Assembly (NCBI GenBank): GCA_964387845.1
Contig: CAYLXA010000012.1
Location: 1 to 64,000, forward strand
Direction of reading: 5' to 3'
Length of the DNA: 64,000 nucleotides
DNA from: an uncultured bacterium
Lineage (GTDB): Bacteria > Omnitrophota > Omnitrophia > Omnitrophales > Abzuiibacteriaceae
Below are positions 42,968 through 53,500 of this stretch, one piece after another. The position numbers were made by a program, and so were the translations under genes. Under the pieces are notes generated by a model that was not told the DNA's origin, ran no database searches, and saw nothing but the letters and a program-made list of their open reading frames with translations. Numbering within the stretch: the stretch's first letter is position 1; each line of letters opens with the position of its first letter.

Positions 42968-43594
42968 ATGGCACGTTATACAGGACCCGTTATTCGTTTA
43001 CACCGCCGTGCAGGCGTTAATTTGGGGCTTCGCGGCCGCCGCGCATCAGATGAAAAGTATGACCGCCGCATTGATCAAGCGCCTGGCCAACACGGGCAGA
43101 ATCAGCGCTCGAAGCTTTCTAATTACGGCATGCAGCTTCGCGAAAAACAAAAGGCGAAGAAAATTTACGGCATGCTAGAACGCCAATTCCGCGTGTTTTT
43201 CGCGCGCGCAGTCCGAATGAAGGGTGTTACGGGCGAGAACCTGATTCAGCTTTTGGAACGGCGCTTGGATAACGTGGTATACCGGCTTCTATTTACAACC
43301 ACTCGGCGTGAAGCACGTCAGATGGTGAGCCACGGATTAATTTGCGTCAACGGCCACGTTGTTGATATTCCGTCTTATATTGTGAAGGTCGGCGATAAAA
43401 TTTCGCCTAAGAGTAAAGAAGCAAACATCAACCGCATCAAAGCAAGCCTTGAGAAGTGGAAGGATTTAAATGTAGCGGACTGGCTGCAATTGGATCCCAA
43501 AACCTTCGAGGCAGTCGTCGTGAGAGTTCCCACGAAAGCAGATGCCGCTATTCCGGTTGAAGAATCTCAGATTGTTGAGTTGTATTCAAAATAA
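42968..43594 (+). CDS. rpsD: 30S ribosomal protein S4
   Basis: Conserved sequence. Confidence 0.95.
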   Translation: MARYTGPVIRLHRRAGVNLGLRGRRASDEKYDRRIDQAPGQHGQNQRSKLSNYGMQLREKQKAKKIYGMLERQFRVFFARAVRMKGVTGENLIQLLERRLDNVVYRLLFTTTRREARQMVSHGLICVNGHVVDIPSYIVKVGDKISPKSKEANINRIKASLEKWKDLNVADWLQLDPKTFEAVVVRVPTKADAAIPVEESQIVELYSK

Positions 43595-43619
43595 AAAGAC
43601 CCAAGGAGGGTAGAAAGAC

Positions 43620-44615
43620 ATGGGAATTCGTTGGAAAACATTTGAAACACCAAAGCGCCTGGAAGTAGAGAAGTCAACCTTGACGCCTACTTACGGCAAA
43701 TTTGTGGCAGAGCCTTTTGAAAGAGGTTTCGGCGTCACGATCGGAAACGCGCTCCGCCGCGTTCTGATTTCATCGATTGACGGCGCAGCTGTGTCGCATA
43801 TCAAGATTGACGGCGCGATGCATGAGTTTTCGGTGATTGACGGCGTCATGGAAGATGTTGCACAAATCGTGCTCAACATCAAGAAGCTCGTGCTGCGTTA
43901 TCACGGAAAAGATGCGAAGAAAATCGTGATCGATGTGCACAAAAAGGGCGAAATTACGGGCCGCGATATTCAGGCGGATGAAACGCTTGAAATCATCAAC
44001 CCGAATCAGCATATTGCCACGCTTACGAAAGACGTTAAGTTTTATATGGAAATGGAAGTTGCGCGCGGCCGCGGCTACATGCCGGCTGACCGTAACAAAA
44101 AAGATGGTGCGCCGATCGGCTCTATCGCGATCGACTCGATCTTTTCACCGGTCACCAAGGTCAATTACTTTGTCGAAGAAACCCGTGTCGGCCAGATGAC
44201 CGATTACGACCGTTTGATCGTCGAAGTATGGACCAATGGTGCCGTAAACCCTGAAGAGGCAATGCTTTACGCATCAAACATCCTTCAGCGCCATCTCGAT
44301 ATTTTTGTCAACTACGGCGAGCTTCCGGAAGAGGAAGAAGAGGAAGAAGAGGAGGATAAAGATTTTCTTGAACTCATCAACAAACCGATCACAGAACTCG
44401 AGCTTTCGGTTCGCAGCGCCAATTGCTTGGAGGCTGCCAGCATTAAGACAATCGGTGATCTTATCCAGAAAAGCGAAGCGCAGATGCTGAAATATAAAAA
44501 TTTCGGCAAGAAATCGCTTGTTGAAATTCAAAATATTCTTACCGGCATGGGCCTGCAGTTGGGCATGGATGTTCAGGACCGGATGAAGAAAAAGAAAGAA
44601 ACAGTGGCAGGGTAA
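43620..44615 (+). CDS. rpoA: DNA-directed RNA polymerase subunit alpha (poly-Glu linker)
   Basis: NTD and CTD are present. The linker is [11 protein letters not shown]. Confidence 0.95.
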   Translation: MGIRWKTFETPKRLEVEKSTLTPTYGKFVAEPFERGFGVTIGNALRRVLISSIDGAAVSHIKIDGAMHEFSVIDGVMEDVAQIVLNIKKLVLRYHGKDAKKIVIDVHKKGEITGRDIQADETLEIINPNQHIATLTKDVKFYMEMEVARGRGYMPADRNKKDGAPIGSIAIDSIFSPVTKVNYFVEETRVGQMTDYDRLIVEVWTNGAVNPEEAMLYASNILQRHLDIFVNYGELPEEEEEEEEEDKDFLELINKPITELELSVRSANCLEAASIKTIGDLIQKSEAQMLKYKNFGKKSLVEIQNILTGMGLQLGMDVQDRMKKKKETVAG

Positions 44616-44616
44616 A

Positions 44617-45195
44617 ATGTGGCATCAAAGACAGCGCGGCAGGTTAGGGCTTGAAACGGAACACCGGGTATCGCTTTTGCGGAATCTCGCCAAGGAACTG
44701 GTCGAGCATCACCGTGTGATCACCACACGCAAACGCGCAAAAGAAGCCTCGAAGTTTGCCGATAGGCTCATTACCATTGCGAAGAAACAAACTTTGCATG
44801 CACGCCGTCTGCTCATCTCTGAATTAGGTTCAGGCTCCGAATTGGTTGCGAAGCAATTGATCGAGAAAATCGCACCGAAGTTTTCCGACCGTAAAGGCGG
44901 CTATACGCGCGTGCTTCAATATAAATTCCGAAAAGGTGACGGTGCCGAACTTGCGCTATTAGAGTTTTCGACCCAAATCGCTGAGCCGAAAGCGCCGAAG
45001 CAAAAGAAGGAAAAGAAGAAAAAGCCGGAAACGGGTGAAGCAAAAAAAGAGCACGCTCATCCGCACACACACGAAAAGCCAAAAGAGCCGAAAAAAGAAG
45101 CCAAAAAGGCCGAAGAAAAGAAAACCGGCGAGACCCCGAAAAAGGGCGGTTTCCTGGGCGGCCTTCGTAAATTCTTAACCGGCAAAGACGAATAA
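44617..45195 (+). CDS. rplQ: 50S ribosomal protein L17 with roughly 70-aa Lys/Glu/Pro-rich C-terminal extension
   Basis: An L17 core is followed by a low-complexity basic tail. Confidence 0.9.
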   Translation: MWHQRQRGRLGLETEHRVSLLRNLAKELVEHHRVITTRKRAKEASKFADRLITIAKKQTLHARRLLISELGSGSELVAKQLIEKIAPKFSDRKGGYTRVLQYKFRKGDGAELALLEFSTQIAEPKAPKQKKEKKKKPETGEAKKEHAHPHTHEKPKEPKKEAKKAEEKKTGETPKKGGFLGGLRKFLTGKDE

Positions 45196-45198
45196 TTC

Positions 45199-46383
45199 AT
45201 GAGCCGATTGGCCAATCGCGTTCAAAAAGTCACGCCTTCGCAGACGCTTGCCATCGAAGCAAAGGCCAAGCAGATGAAACAGCAAGGCATTAACGTTGTT
45301 TCGTTTTCTGCCGGCGAGCCCGATTTCGATACTCCGGATTACATTAAAGAAAAAACCATCGAATCCCTGAAAAAGGGTTTTACCAAATACACGCCTGCAC
45401 CGGGAACGCCCGAATTACGCGAATCCATTTCCAAAAAATTGGCTGCCGAAAACGGCTTAAAATATGATCCGAGCCAAATCATTGTTTCCTGCGGCGCCAA
45501 GCATTCGATTTACAATATTTTCCAAGTGCTGCTAAACGAAGGCGACGAAGTCGTATTCCAGAGCCCGTTTTGGCTGAGCTACCCTGAAATGGCAACATTG
45601 GCGGGCGCCAAGTCCGTTATTGTTCCGACTACTAAAGAACAGGACTACAAATTATCCGCTGCAGCGCTTGAAAAAGCCATCACGCCCAAAACCAAATTGC
45701 TCGTACTCAATTCACCGTCTAACCCGACGGGAGCCGTGCTCAACAAAAAAGAATTAATGGAAATAGCGGAAGTTTGCAAAAAGAAATCCATTTTTGTCCT
45801 GAGCGATGAGATTTACGAAAAACTGGTTTACGACGGCGAAAAGCATTATTCGATCGGTTCTTTCGATGAGGATATTTTGAAATTGACGATTACCGTCAAC
45901 GGCGCAAGCAAAGCTTACGCGATGACCGGCTGGCGCCTGGGTTATGCGGCTTGCCCGAAGGAAATTGCAAACGCTGCGTCTTCGCTGCAAAGCCATTCCA
46001 CATCAAACCCGACATCGTTTGCACAAGTCGGCTTTCTGGAAGCTATTAAACAAGGCGATAACTTTCCAAACCAGATGCGCGAAGCTTATGAAGTGCGCAG
46101 AAACTTGATGGTCGATCTTTTGAATGAAATTCCCGGCTTCAGCGCATTTAAGCCGAAGGGTGCTTTTTACGTATTTTGCGATATTTCCGGAACCAAAATG
46201 TCTTCGTTAGATCTTTCTGCCAAGCTGCTTGAAGAAGCCAAAGTGGCGGTTGTGCCCGGTGTTGCATTTGGCGACGATAAAGCGATCCGCCTCAGTTTCG
46301 CGACGTCGGAAACCCAAATCCGCGAAGGCGTCAAACGTATTGCCGAATGGTTCAATAAGAGCCCGGTTTCTGTTAAGTCGTAA
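45199..46383 (+). CDS. Class I/II PLP-dependent aminotransferase (aspartate aminotransferase-like)
   Basis: The Schiff-base lysine lies in SKAYAMTGWRLGY. NPTG is present. Confidence 0.8.
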   Translation: MSRLANRVQKVTPSQTLAIEAKAKQMKQQGINVVSFSAGEPDFDTPDYIKEKTIESLKKGFTKYTPAPGTPELRESISKKLAAENGLKYDPSQIIVSCGAKHSIYNIFQVLLNEGDEVVFQSPFWLSYPEMATLAGAKSVIVPTTKEQDYKLSAAALEKAITPKTKLLVLNSPSNPTGAVLNKKELMEIAEVCKKKSIFVLSDEIYEKLVYDGEKHYSIGSFDEDILKLTITVNGASKAYAMTGWRLGYAACPKEIANAASSLQSHSTSNPTSFAQVGFLEAIKQGDNFPNQMREAYEVRRNLMVDLLNEIPGFSAFKPKGAFYVFCDISGTKMSSLDLSAKLLEEAKVAVVPGVAFGDDKAIRLSFATSETQIREGVKRIAEWFNKSPVSVKS

Positions 46384-46434
46384 CGATTTTCCTCCGTTTT
46401 TCTTTCCCCGAGTTTCCTAGTATAATTCAAATTT

Positions 46435-48336
46435 ATGAAATCCCTTTTCCAGCTCCGGGTCGGAGAAAAAATAGAAAAAGACGAACTCATCGACAAACTT
46501 TTCGAACTCAATTATGTCGAGGAGCGCTCCGTCGGTTCCCCGGGTGAATTTGCGCATCGGGGCGGTATTGTCGATATTTACCCAATCTCTTACCGCGCGC
46601 CTGTGCGGGTTCATTTTCATCTAGACCAAATCGAATCCATCCGCGATTTCTCGCCCGAGCAGGGCAAAAGCCTGACCACATTCGAAGAACTTTTCCTGAT
46701 GCCGGCAAGCGACCTTTTTCTCAAACGAAAGAGCCGGATGCGCGAGCGTTTTGAATCCTTTGAGCCCTTAACCGAAATCGGCGACGTCAAACAGGGCTCT
46801 TTGGTTGTTCATCTCCAGTATGGCGTGGGGCGCTTTTTAGGCGCCAAAATGCTTAATATCGACGGTAAATCAAAACGCCACCTGGCCATTGAATATGCCG
46901 ACAAAGAGATCCTTTACGTTCCTGCAGACGGCCATGAACCGATTGAGCGTTACATCGGCGTTGAGGGCAAGCGGCCGAAACTCACCAAACTCCACAGCAA
47001 AGAGTGGATCCGCATCAAAGAAAAGGCGCGGCTTGCGGCACGCGGCGTTGCGCGTGATATCGTCACGCTGCAGGCGAAGCGCAGCATCTTAAAAGGATTC
47101 GCGTTTGCCGAGGACCACGATTGGCAAAAAGATTTTGAAAATAAATTTCCGTTTGAACTTACACCCGACCAAAAAAAATCGGTTGAAGAAGTGAAGCGCG
47201 ATATGGAAAGCGAAAAACCGATGGACCGTTTGATTTGCGGCGATGTGGGTTACGGAAAAACCGAAGTTGCGTTCCGCGCTGTTTTCAAAGCCGTCATGAA
47301 TGCCAAACAGGTTGCGATTTTAGCGCCGACCACGATTTTGGCGGAGCAGCATTATGTGGTCCTGAAGAAACGCGCCAAAGATTTCCCGGTAAAAATAGAG
47401 CTTCTCTCCCGGTTTCGTTCGAAAGCGGAACAAAAAGAAGCAATTCGCCAAGTGGCGGATGGCGCTGTTGATGTGATTATCGGGACACACCGGCTTTTGT
47501 CGTCTGATGTGAAATTTCGTGACTTGGGACTTGTCGTGATCGATGAGGAACAGCGCTTCGGCGTCCGCCACAAAGACCGCTTGAAGCATTTGCGCGAGCT
47601 GGTTGATGTTCTGACGCTCACCGCAACGCCGATTCCGCGTACGCTTTACCTTTCGCTTTTGGGATCACGCGATATGTCGATTATCAGCACGCCGCCGAAG
47701 CAGCGGCTCCCGATTATTACGCAAGTTTTGGAATTCGATGATCTGATCGTGAAACAAGCGATTGACCGCGAGCTTGCACGTAAGGGCCAGGTTTATTTTG
47801 TCCACAACCGGATTGAATCCATCGAAAAAATCCACGCGCATTTGCACGGGCTTTTGCCGCGCATCAAGTTCGGTGTGGCGCACGGGCAAATGAATGCACA
47901 TGAACTTGAAAAAGTGATGACGCAATTTATCGACGGCAAAATTGATTGCCTGATTTCAACCAACATCATCGAATCCGGCCTCGATATTCCGAACGTGAAT
48001 ACGATCTTAATTAACCGCGCGGATGCATTCGGTTTGGCGGATCTGTATCAATTGCGGGGCCGTGTGGGGCGCTATCATACGGAACGTCAGGCCTATGCCT
48101 ATTTCTTGATTCCGCGCAACTGGGTGATGACGCAGGATGCCGAAAAGCGGCTTTCAGCGATTGAGCGCTTCAGCGAACTTGGTTCCGGCTTTAAAATCGC
48201 GATGGAAGACCTCGAAATTCGCGGTGCCGGGAATGTGCTCGGGGAAGAACAGAGCGGATTTATTTACCAAGTGGGGTTTGACCTCTACTGCCGGATGCTC
48301 CGAAAGGCCATTGACGAGGAAAAATCCCATCTGTAA
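46435..48336 (+). CDS. mfd: Transcription-repair coupling factor Mfd, minimal form (D2–RID–translocase; no D1a/D1b/D3/D7)
   Basis: The helicase motifs are GDVGYGKTE, DEEQRFGV, TATPIPRT and QLRGRVGR. The RID-like stretch is VVHLQYGVGRF. Length is 633 aa against about 1150 for canonical Mfd. Confidence 0.75.
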   Translation: MKSLFQLRVGEKIEKDELIDKLFELNYVEERSVGSPGEFAHRGGIVDIYPISYRAPVRVHFHLDQIESIRDFSPEQGKSLTTFEELFLMPASDLFLKRKSRMRERFESFEPLTEIGDVKQGSLVVHLQYGVGRFLGAKMLNIDGKSKRHLAIEYADKEILYVPADGHEPIERYIGVEGKRPKLTKLHSKEWIRIKEKARLAARGVARDIVTLQAKRSILKGFAFAEDHDWQKDFENKFPFELTPDQKKSVEEVKRDMESEKPMDRLICGDVGYGKTEVAFRAVFKAVMNAKQVAILAPTTILAEQHYVVLKKRAKDFPVKIELLSRFRSKAEQKEAIRQVADGAVDVIIGTHRLLSSDVKFRDLGLVVIDEEQRFGVRHKDRLKHLRELVDVLTLTATPIPRTLYLSLLGSRDMSIISTPPKQRLPIITQVLEFDDLIVKQAIDRELARKGQVYFVHNRIESIEKIHAHLHGLLPRIKFGVAHGQMNAHELEKVMTQFIDGKIDCLISTNIIESGLDIPNVNTILINRADAFGLADLYQLRGRVGRYHTERQAYAYFLIPRNWVMTQDAEKRLSAIERFSELGSGFKIAMEDLEIRGAGNVLGEEQSGFIYQVGFDLYCRMLRKAIDEEKSHL

Positions 48337-48391
48337 AGCAGGCCCAGAGAGGTTGAAAAAAGGGCTTCTGTGTGATAACTTAAGAATTCTT

Positions 48392-49372
48392 ATGTCTGCC
48401 AAAATCTTTAGAAATACACTTCTTTTATTGCTTGCAGCGTTGCTTCAAAGCACTTTCGTGCACGCCAGGGAAGCGCTTGTGGACCGCATTGTGGCAACCG
48501 TCAGCGACGAAGTCATCACGCAAAGCGAATTAGACGCGCTTTTTCGTCCTGTTGCCGAACAGTTCCAAGGTGTTTATCAGGGGCAGGAACTCATGGAAAA
48601 ATTAACGGAGACTCGGAACAAACTGCTCAGCCAGCTGATTGAAGATAAGCTGGTTTTGCTTGAAGCCAAGCGGATGGACATTGATGCATCGGAATCAGAA
48701 ATCAACGAGCGGCTCGATGAACTAAAAAGCCAATTTCCGGATGAGGCGGCTTTTCAGAAGGCTTTAGAGGATCAGCAAGTTACTTTGACCACTTTGAGAA
48801 AGCGCATGGCGGAGCAGGTTATTATTCAAAAACTTCATTATATAGAGATTCGCCAGAAAATCATTGTTTCACCCTCCGAAATTCAGGAGTATTTCAATGC
48901 TCATCCAGAACAGTTTCAAGATAAAGCCAAAGTGGAAATTTGGACGATTGCTATTCGAAAGAAGCCTGAAGCTGCCCAGCGCGGCATCGCGGATGAAGCC
49001 GCAAAACAAAAAGCTGAAATAATCCTAAAGGAATTAAGATCCGGCAAGGATTTCTCAGAGATTGCCAGGAAAGAATCCGGCGATTCTCATGCGGCGAAGG
49101 GCGGTTTGATAGGCATGGTTCAAAAAGGCGATTTGATAGAGGAAATTGATAATGCTATATTTCAATTAGAATCGAATCAGATTTCGGATATTGTAGAAAC
49201 TGCCCATGCTTATCATATTTTTAAAGCCGGGAGCAAGCAGCCTGAAAAAAAACTGACATTCGAGGAAGCCAAAGACCAGATTTCGGATTTTCTTTTCCGT
49301 CAGAAAGCCAGCACGCGTTTTAAAGAATGGATGCAAGAACTTCGAAAAAAATCCTACATTTCAATCCGGTAG
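48392..49372 (+). CDS. surA: SurA-like periplasmic chaperone / parvulin PPIase
   Basis: A signal peptide is followed by a SurA N-domain and a parvulin domain (SGDSHAAKGGLIG). Confidence 0.7.
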   Translation: MSAKIFRNTLLLLLAALLQSTFVHAREALVDRIVATVSDEVITQSELDALFRPVAEQFQGVYQGQELMEKLTETRNKLLSQLIEDKLVLLEAKRMDIDASESEINERLDELKSQFPDEAAFQKALEDQQVTLTTLRKRMAEQVIIQKLHYIEIRQKIIVSPSEIQEYFNAHPEQFQDKAKVEIWTIAIRKKPEAAQRGIADEAAKQKAEIILKELRSGKDFSEIARKESGDSHAAKGGLIGMVQKGDLIEEIDNAIFQLESNQISDIVETAHAYHIFKAGSKQPEKKLTFEEAKDQISDFLFRQKASTRFKEWMQELRKKSYISIR

Positions 49373-49379
49373 TGATTCG

Positions 49380-50360
49380 ATGCCTCGCCAATCAATAATT
49401 GCCGTGACGATGGGCGACCCGGGCGGTATCGGCCCCGAAATTATTCTGAAAGCCTTAAAATCCTGCAAAAAGAAACAATCGCAGCCAATCTTGGTTGTCG
49501 GCAGCCGGGCGGTATTTGAATTCGCGGGCAGAAAATGCCGCGTTTCCATTCCTTTTCATTTCATCTCTGAGCTTGATCAATTCCGGCTTCGGTCTGATTC
49601 AATCAATTTTTTGGATATCTCGCGAGAAACCGAAAAATCATTTGCGCCCGGAAAAGTTACCCGCGCCAACGCAAAACTCGCTTTCAAAAGCCTCGAAACA
49701 GCAGCGCGCCTTGCCAAAGAGAAAAAAGTTCAAGGCATCGTAACGGCGCCGGTTCACAAAGAGGCAATGCGGCTTGCGGATCCTCATTTTGTCGGTCACA
49801 CCGAATATTTAGCGAAAGTGTCACGAACGAAAGAATTTGCGATGCTTTTTCACAGTCAATATTTCTGCGTTACACTTGTAACGATCCACGTGCCGCTTCG
49901 GAAAGTTGCGGACACAATTACGGCGCAAAGTATCCGGTCCAAAATCAGGCTGACTCATGATTTTTTGAGGAAAAAACTCAAAATCAAATCTCCCCAAATT
50001 GCCGTTGCGTGCCTCAATCCGCACGGCTCCGAATTCGGGCCCGAGGAAGACCAGACCATTATTCCGGCAATCAAATTTGCCCAAAAGCAGGGAATAAAAG
50101 TCTCAGGCCCGCTTCCGGGCGATCAGGTTTTCCACGATGCCTATCAAAAGAAATATCATGCGGTTGTAAGTATGTATCACGACCAAGGGTTAGCGCCGTT
50201 TAAAATGATTGCGTTTGACACCGGCGTCAACGTAACTGTCGGTCTTCCCTTTATCCGAACGTCTCCCGATCACGGCACTGCATTTGATATTGCCTACCGA
50301 AACAAAGCAAACCCGACTTCGTTTTCTCAAGCTCTTCAGTTTGCCCTCCAACTAGCTTAA
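49380..50360 (+). CDS. pdxA: 4-hydroxythreonine-4-phosphate dehydrogenase
   Basis: PdxA family motifs (MGDPGGIGPEI, HTEYL). The position after surA matches the E. coli surA-pdxA-ksgA arrangement. Confidence 0.8.
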   Translation: MPRQSIIAVTMGDPGGIGPEIILKALKSCKKKQSQPILVVGSRAVFEFAGRKCRVSIPFHFISELDQFRLRSDSINFLDISRETEKSFAPGKVTRANAKLAFKSLETAARLAKEKKVQGIVTAPVHKEAMRLADPHFVGHTEYLAKVSRTKEFAMLFHSQYFCVTLVTIHVPLRKVADTITAQSIRSKIRLTHDFLRKKLKIKSPQIAVACLNPHGSEFGPEEDQTIIPAIKFAQKQGIKVSGPLPGDQVFHDAYQKKYHAVVSMYHDQGLAPFKMIAFDTGVNVTVGLPFIRTSPDHGTAFDIAYRNKANPTSFSQALQFALQLA

Positions 50361-50505
50361 TTTAAGTACTAAATAGTTCTATTTATAGCTATATATATGT
50401 AAATTATCACCTAAAAATTTGACTTTAACCATCATCTCAGATATATTATTATCTAATCACTCAGTAAAATCTAAATTCCGTTTTGGACGGGGGTTTTTAC
50501 CCTTC

Positions 50506-53500
50506 ATGAAACAAAAATTAAAGCCGGCAGAGCGCTTACTCATAGCGTTGTTTGTATCGATCTTCACGTTTTCTGCGGTGGTATCGGCTGCTCCTCAGTC
50601 TTCCGGCTTTCTACACGCTTACGAGGCAGAAAGTTTTCTGGGTCCTGTATTGGCATCGCTCCCGCGTGATGTCTCCAAAGTTAGCGAGACATTCGTTCCT
50701 GCCCATTGCTCAGTCGGTCAAGCGGATTGCCCGGTTATTCTGCACATCCAGGATGCCCACGCCAATCCTGAAGCGCAAAAGCATATTCAAGAAATTATCG
50801 AGGCCGTGTACCGCCGGTTTGGTAATGTCCGGATTGCCGTTGAAAATGCGGAAGGGCCGCTTGATCCGGAGATTTTCAATCGCTCACCAATCGATCCTGT
50901 TATGCGGGAGAAGATCGTTCAGGCTTTGGCGAATGAAGGCGAGCTCACTGGCGCAGAATTGTTTTTGCTGGATCTTTACAGAGAAGGGAAAGAAAAGCCT
51001 GCTCATGTTCCCGTATTGGGTGTTGAGGATCAGGCGTTGTATTTTAAAAATTTGGATCGTTACTTAACGCTTTTACAAAATCGAAAAACCATCGACGCAT
51101 CTTTCTCAAAACTGAACGATCTTTTTGTCCGAACGAAAAGCCTTCACTTTAATCCGGCGCTGAAGCAGTTTGATGACGAGCGCAAAGCGCATTCTCAAAA
51201 CCGGCGTGAACTTTTGTCATATTTGAAAACACTGAATGCTCGGGCTCAGTCGATCCTCAATACAGACTTGTCCGATCCTATCGAACAGCTCCGCTTTCCA
51301 AATTTAACCCGGCTTGCGCGTCTTGGGCAATTGGAAGAAAGTTGGAAAGATGAAGAATTAAGTGAAGAAAGAGCGCAGTTAGAAGCAGAATTGCTTAAGC
51401 GGGGAGGTTCGTCGGATGTGATAGCCGAACTGATTCAATCGATTAAAGCGCTTAGCCAGAAACCGGAAAAATTTGGTGTTGATTTTAAAATCGCGCCGCG
51501 TCTATTGCTCGAGCAGATGGAATTTTTTGCGCGTAGACATCAGGTCAATTTAGCTTCCTACTCTCGCCTCATTCGTTTTGTTTCGTTTCAAGTTTTACAG
51601 TCTGAAATTAATGCGGTAGAGCTTTTTGGTGAAATCCACCATTTGGAAAATTCGATTTTAGGCCGCCTGGCCGAAAGTGCAGAAGAAAAAAAGCTCGTTG
51701 AAATCGGCCGGTCTATGGCGTTGCTTCAGAAAATGTTGCACGGAGAAGTGACTAGAGCGGACAAAGAGCGCTTTTCTGAACAGCAGAATCAAATAGGTCC
51801 CGCCGCAATTGTTGGAGAGTTATTTGAGCTTAATCCAAAGATATCATCGACAATCCGTGCAGATATGATTCAGCCGATTGAGCTGTTGAAACGGTTTTTG
51901 TCGGCGTCTGCCGAGTTTTATCATGGCGCAGAGGCGCGCGAACATGCCATGATCGACAAAGCGCTTCAGATGCTGCCCAAGCGCAACTCATTTACGCTTT
52001 CAGAAATACAAAACAGTAATAGGCAGGTTCTTGTTTTAATTTCAGGAGGATATCACACGGGTGGTTTCGAACAAATTCTTGAAGCAAAACAAATTCCTTA
52101 CGTAGTTGTATCACCTCGCATGTTCTTGCCCATAGACGATCAAATGTATGCGCGTGTCATGTTGGGTCGTGATGATGAAATTTCAGGCCTTTCTTCCGGA
52201 ACCGCACAAAATATCTTTAGGCCTCTTTTGACATGGAATATTAACTCTGCGCATCGAAATCAAACGCTGGTTCGGCTGCAAGAATCCCTGCAGGCGCATG
52301 AAAGCAGAAGCGAGTTAAGAGCTGATCAGCCCAACGTCCGCTTTTTATCGCGTACCGCGGAAGCTGAAGTGATGCAGTTCGTGCAGGATATTAAGAAAAG
52401 GTTTGAGAATAAATATTATAAATTCATCGAGGAACCAAAGATTCTTGAGGGTGTTGCTGCTTTTTTTGGATTGAATGAGGAAAACGATCTTCTTCTACAC
52501 GAAAAAGCAAAGCAGATTCTATCTTACTTAATCAAAAAAACGAAAAGAGAAGTTAAAGAAATGTATCGATCGCAAATCGTTGAGGCTCTTACCAAAGTTA
52601 CGCGTCACTCAACAGGTGCTCATCGTTTTATGCCGCTTGCGCTTGCCGTTGTGAACATGTTCCGCGGCCAGAATATTTTTTCATCGGATATTATCAGCGA
52701 ACTTGTCGCTATAGACAATTCTTTCGAATATTTAAGAAATACAGATCACCTTTATGCCAATCCTTTTAACGTCGAGTCTAACTGGATTTCTGACCATTTG
52801 CCAAAATTGGCGATTCCCAGAATTCCTTCAAAGAGAGTATATCGATGGCTGGATATTGGATCCGGCCCTAAGTTGGATGGAGCACCTACCCTTCATTTGT
52901 TAAACGAAACTTTCAAAAGCGCTTTACCGGATGCGCGGTTTGAGTTTGTCGGTACAGACAACTTCTTTCCGGCTTATTCATTCGATGACGAATCAGTTTT
53001 ATTTTTTACCGGCCGGATTTCTTCTAGCCCATTTAATTCCGATGCGTTTCGTAAATCAGGCAAGATGAATTTGGCGGACGTTACTTATTTGGATGCCAAT
53101 TTTCCTCAGAATAATGTGATGGATGAGAGATCTATGGAAGGGATGTTTAAGGACGGGCCGTTTGATTTTATTTCTTTAAGCATGGCCCTTCATTTTTTGC
53201 GGGAGCCTGACGAGGAAATAAAGAAATTGGCGTTATCGAGCAATAAAGGTGAAGACCAATTTGAATTTTATGACGAATCAGGCAGCCGGATTCGTCCCAC
53301 GCCTACTTATTTGCTGACCGAAACGCAAAGAAGAGTCATTTGGCGCTTAATGCGAAACCTGTCTGACAACGGCATTTTATTTTTAAACTTACCTTGGGGC
53401 CCCGAATATGCGAAAAATCACAACCTTGATCTATTTTTAATCATCCAACGCGAAAATGCCGTTGCGTTTAAGCTTTACACTCAGGCGATTCCCTTTAGAC

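Noticed and set aside
48137-48391. 5' extension of the surA ORF overlapping the end of mfd
   Set aside because: Read-through of an open frame. The in-frame ATG at 48392 gives a canonical signal peptide (MSAKIFRNTLLLLLAALL...).
50552-51067. 171-aa alternative-frame ORF inside the giant gene
   Set aside because: It is an out-of-frame overlap with a much longer ORF and has no features.
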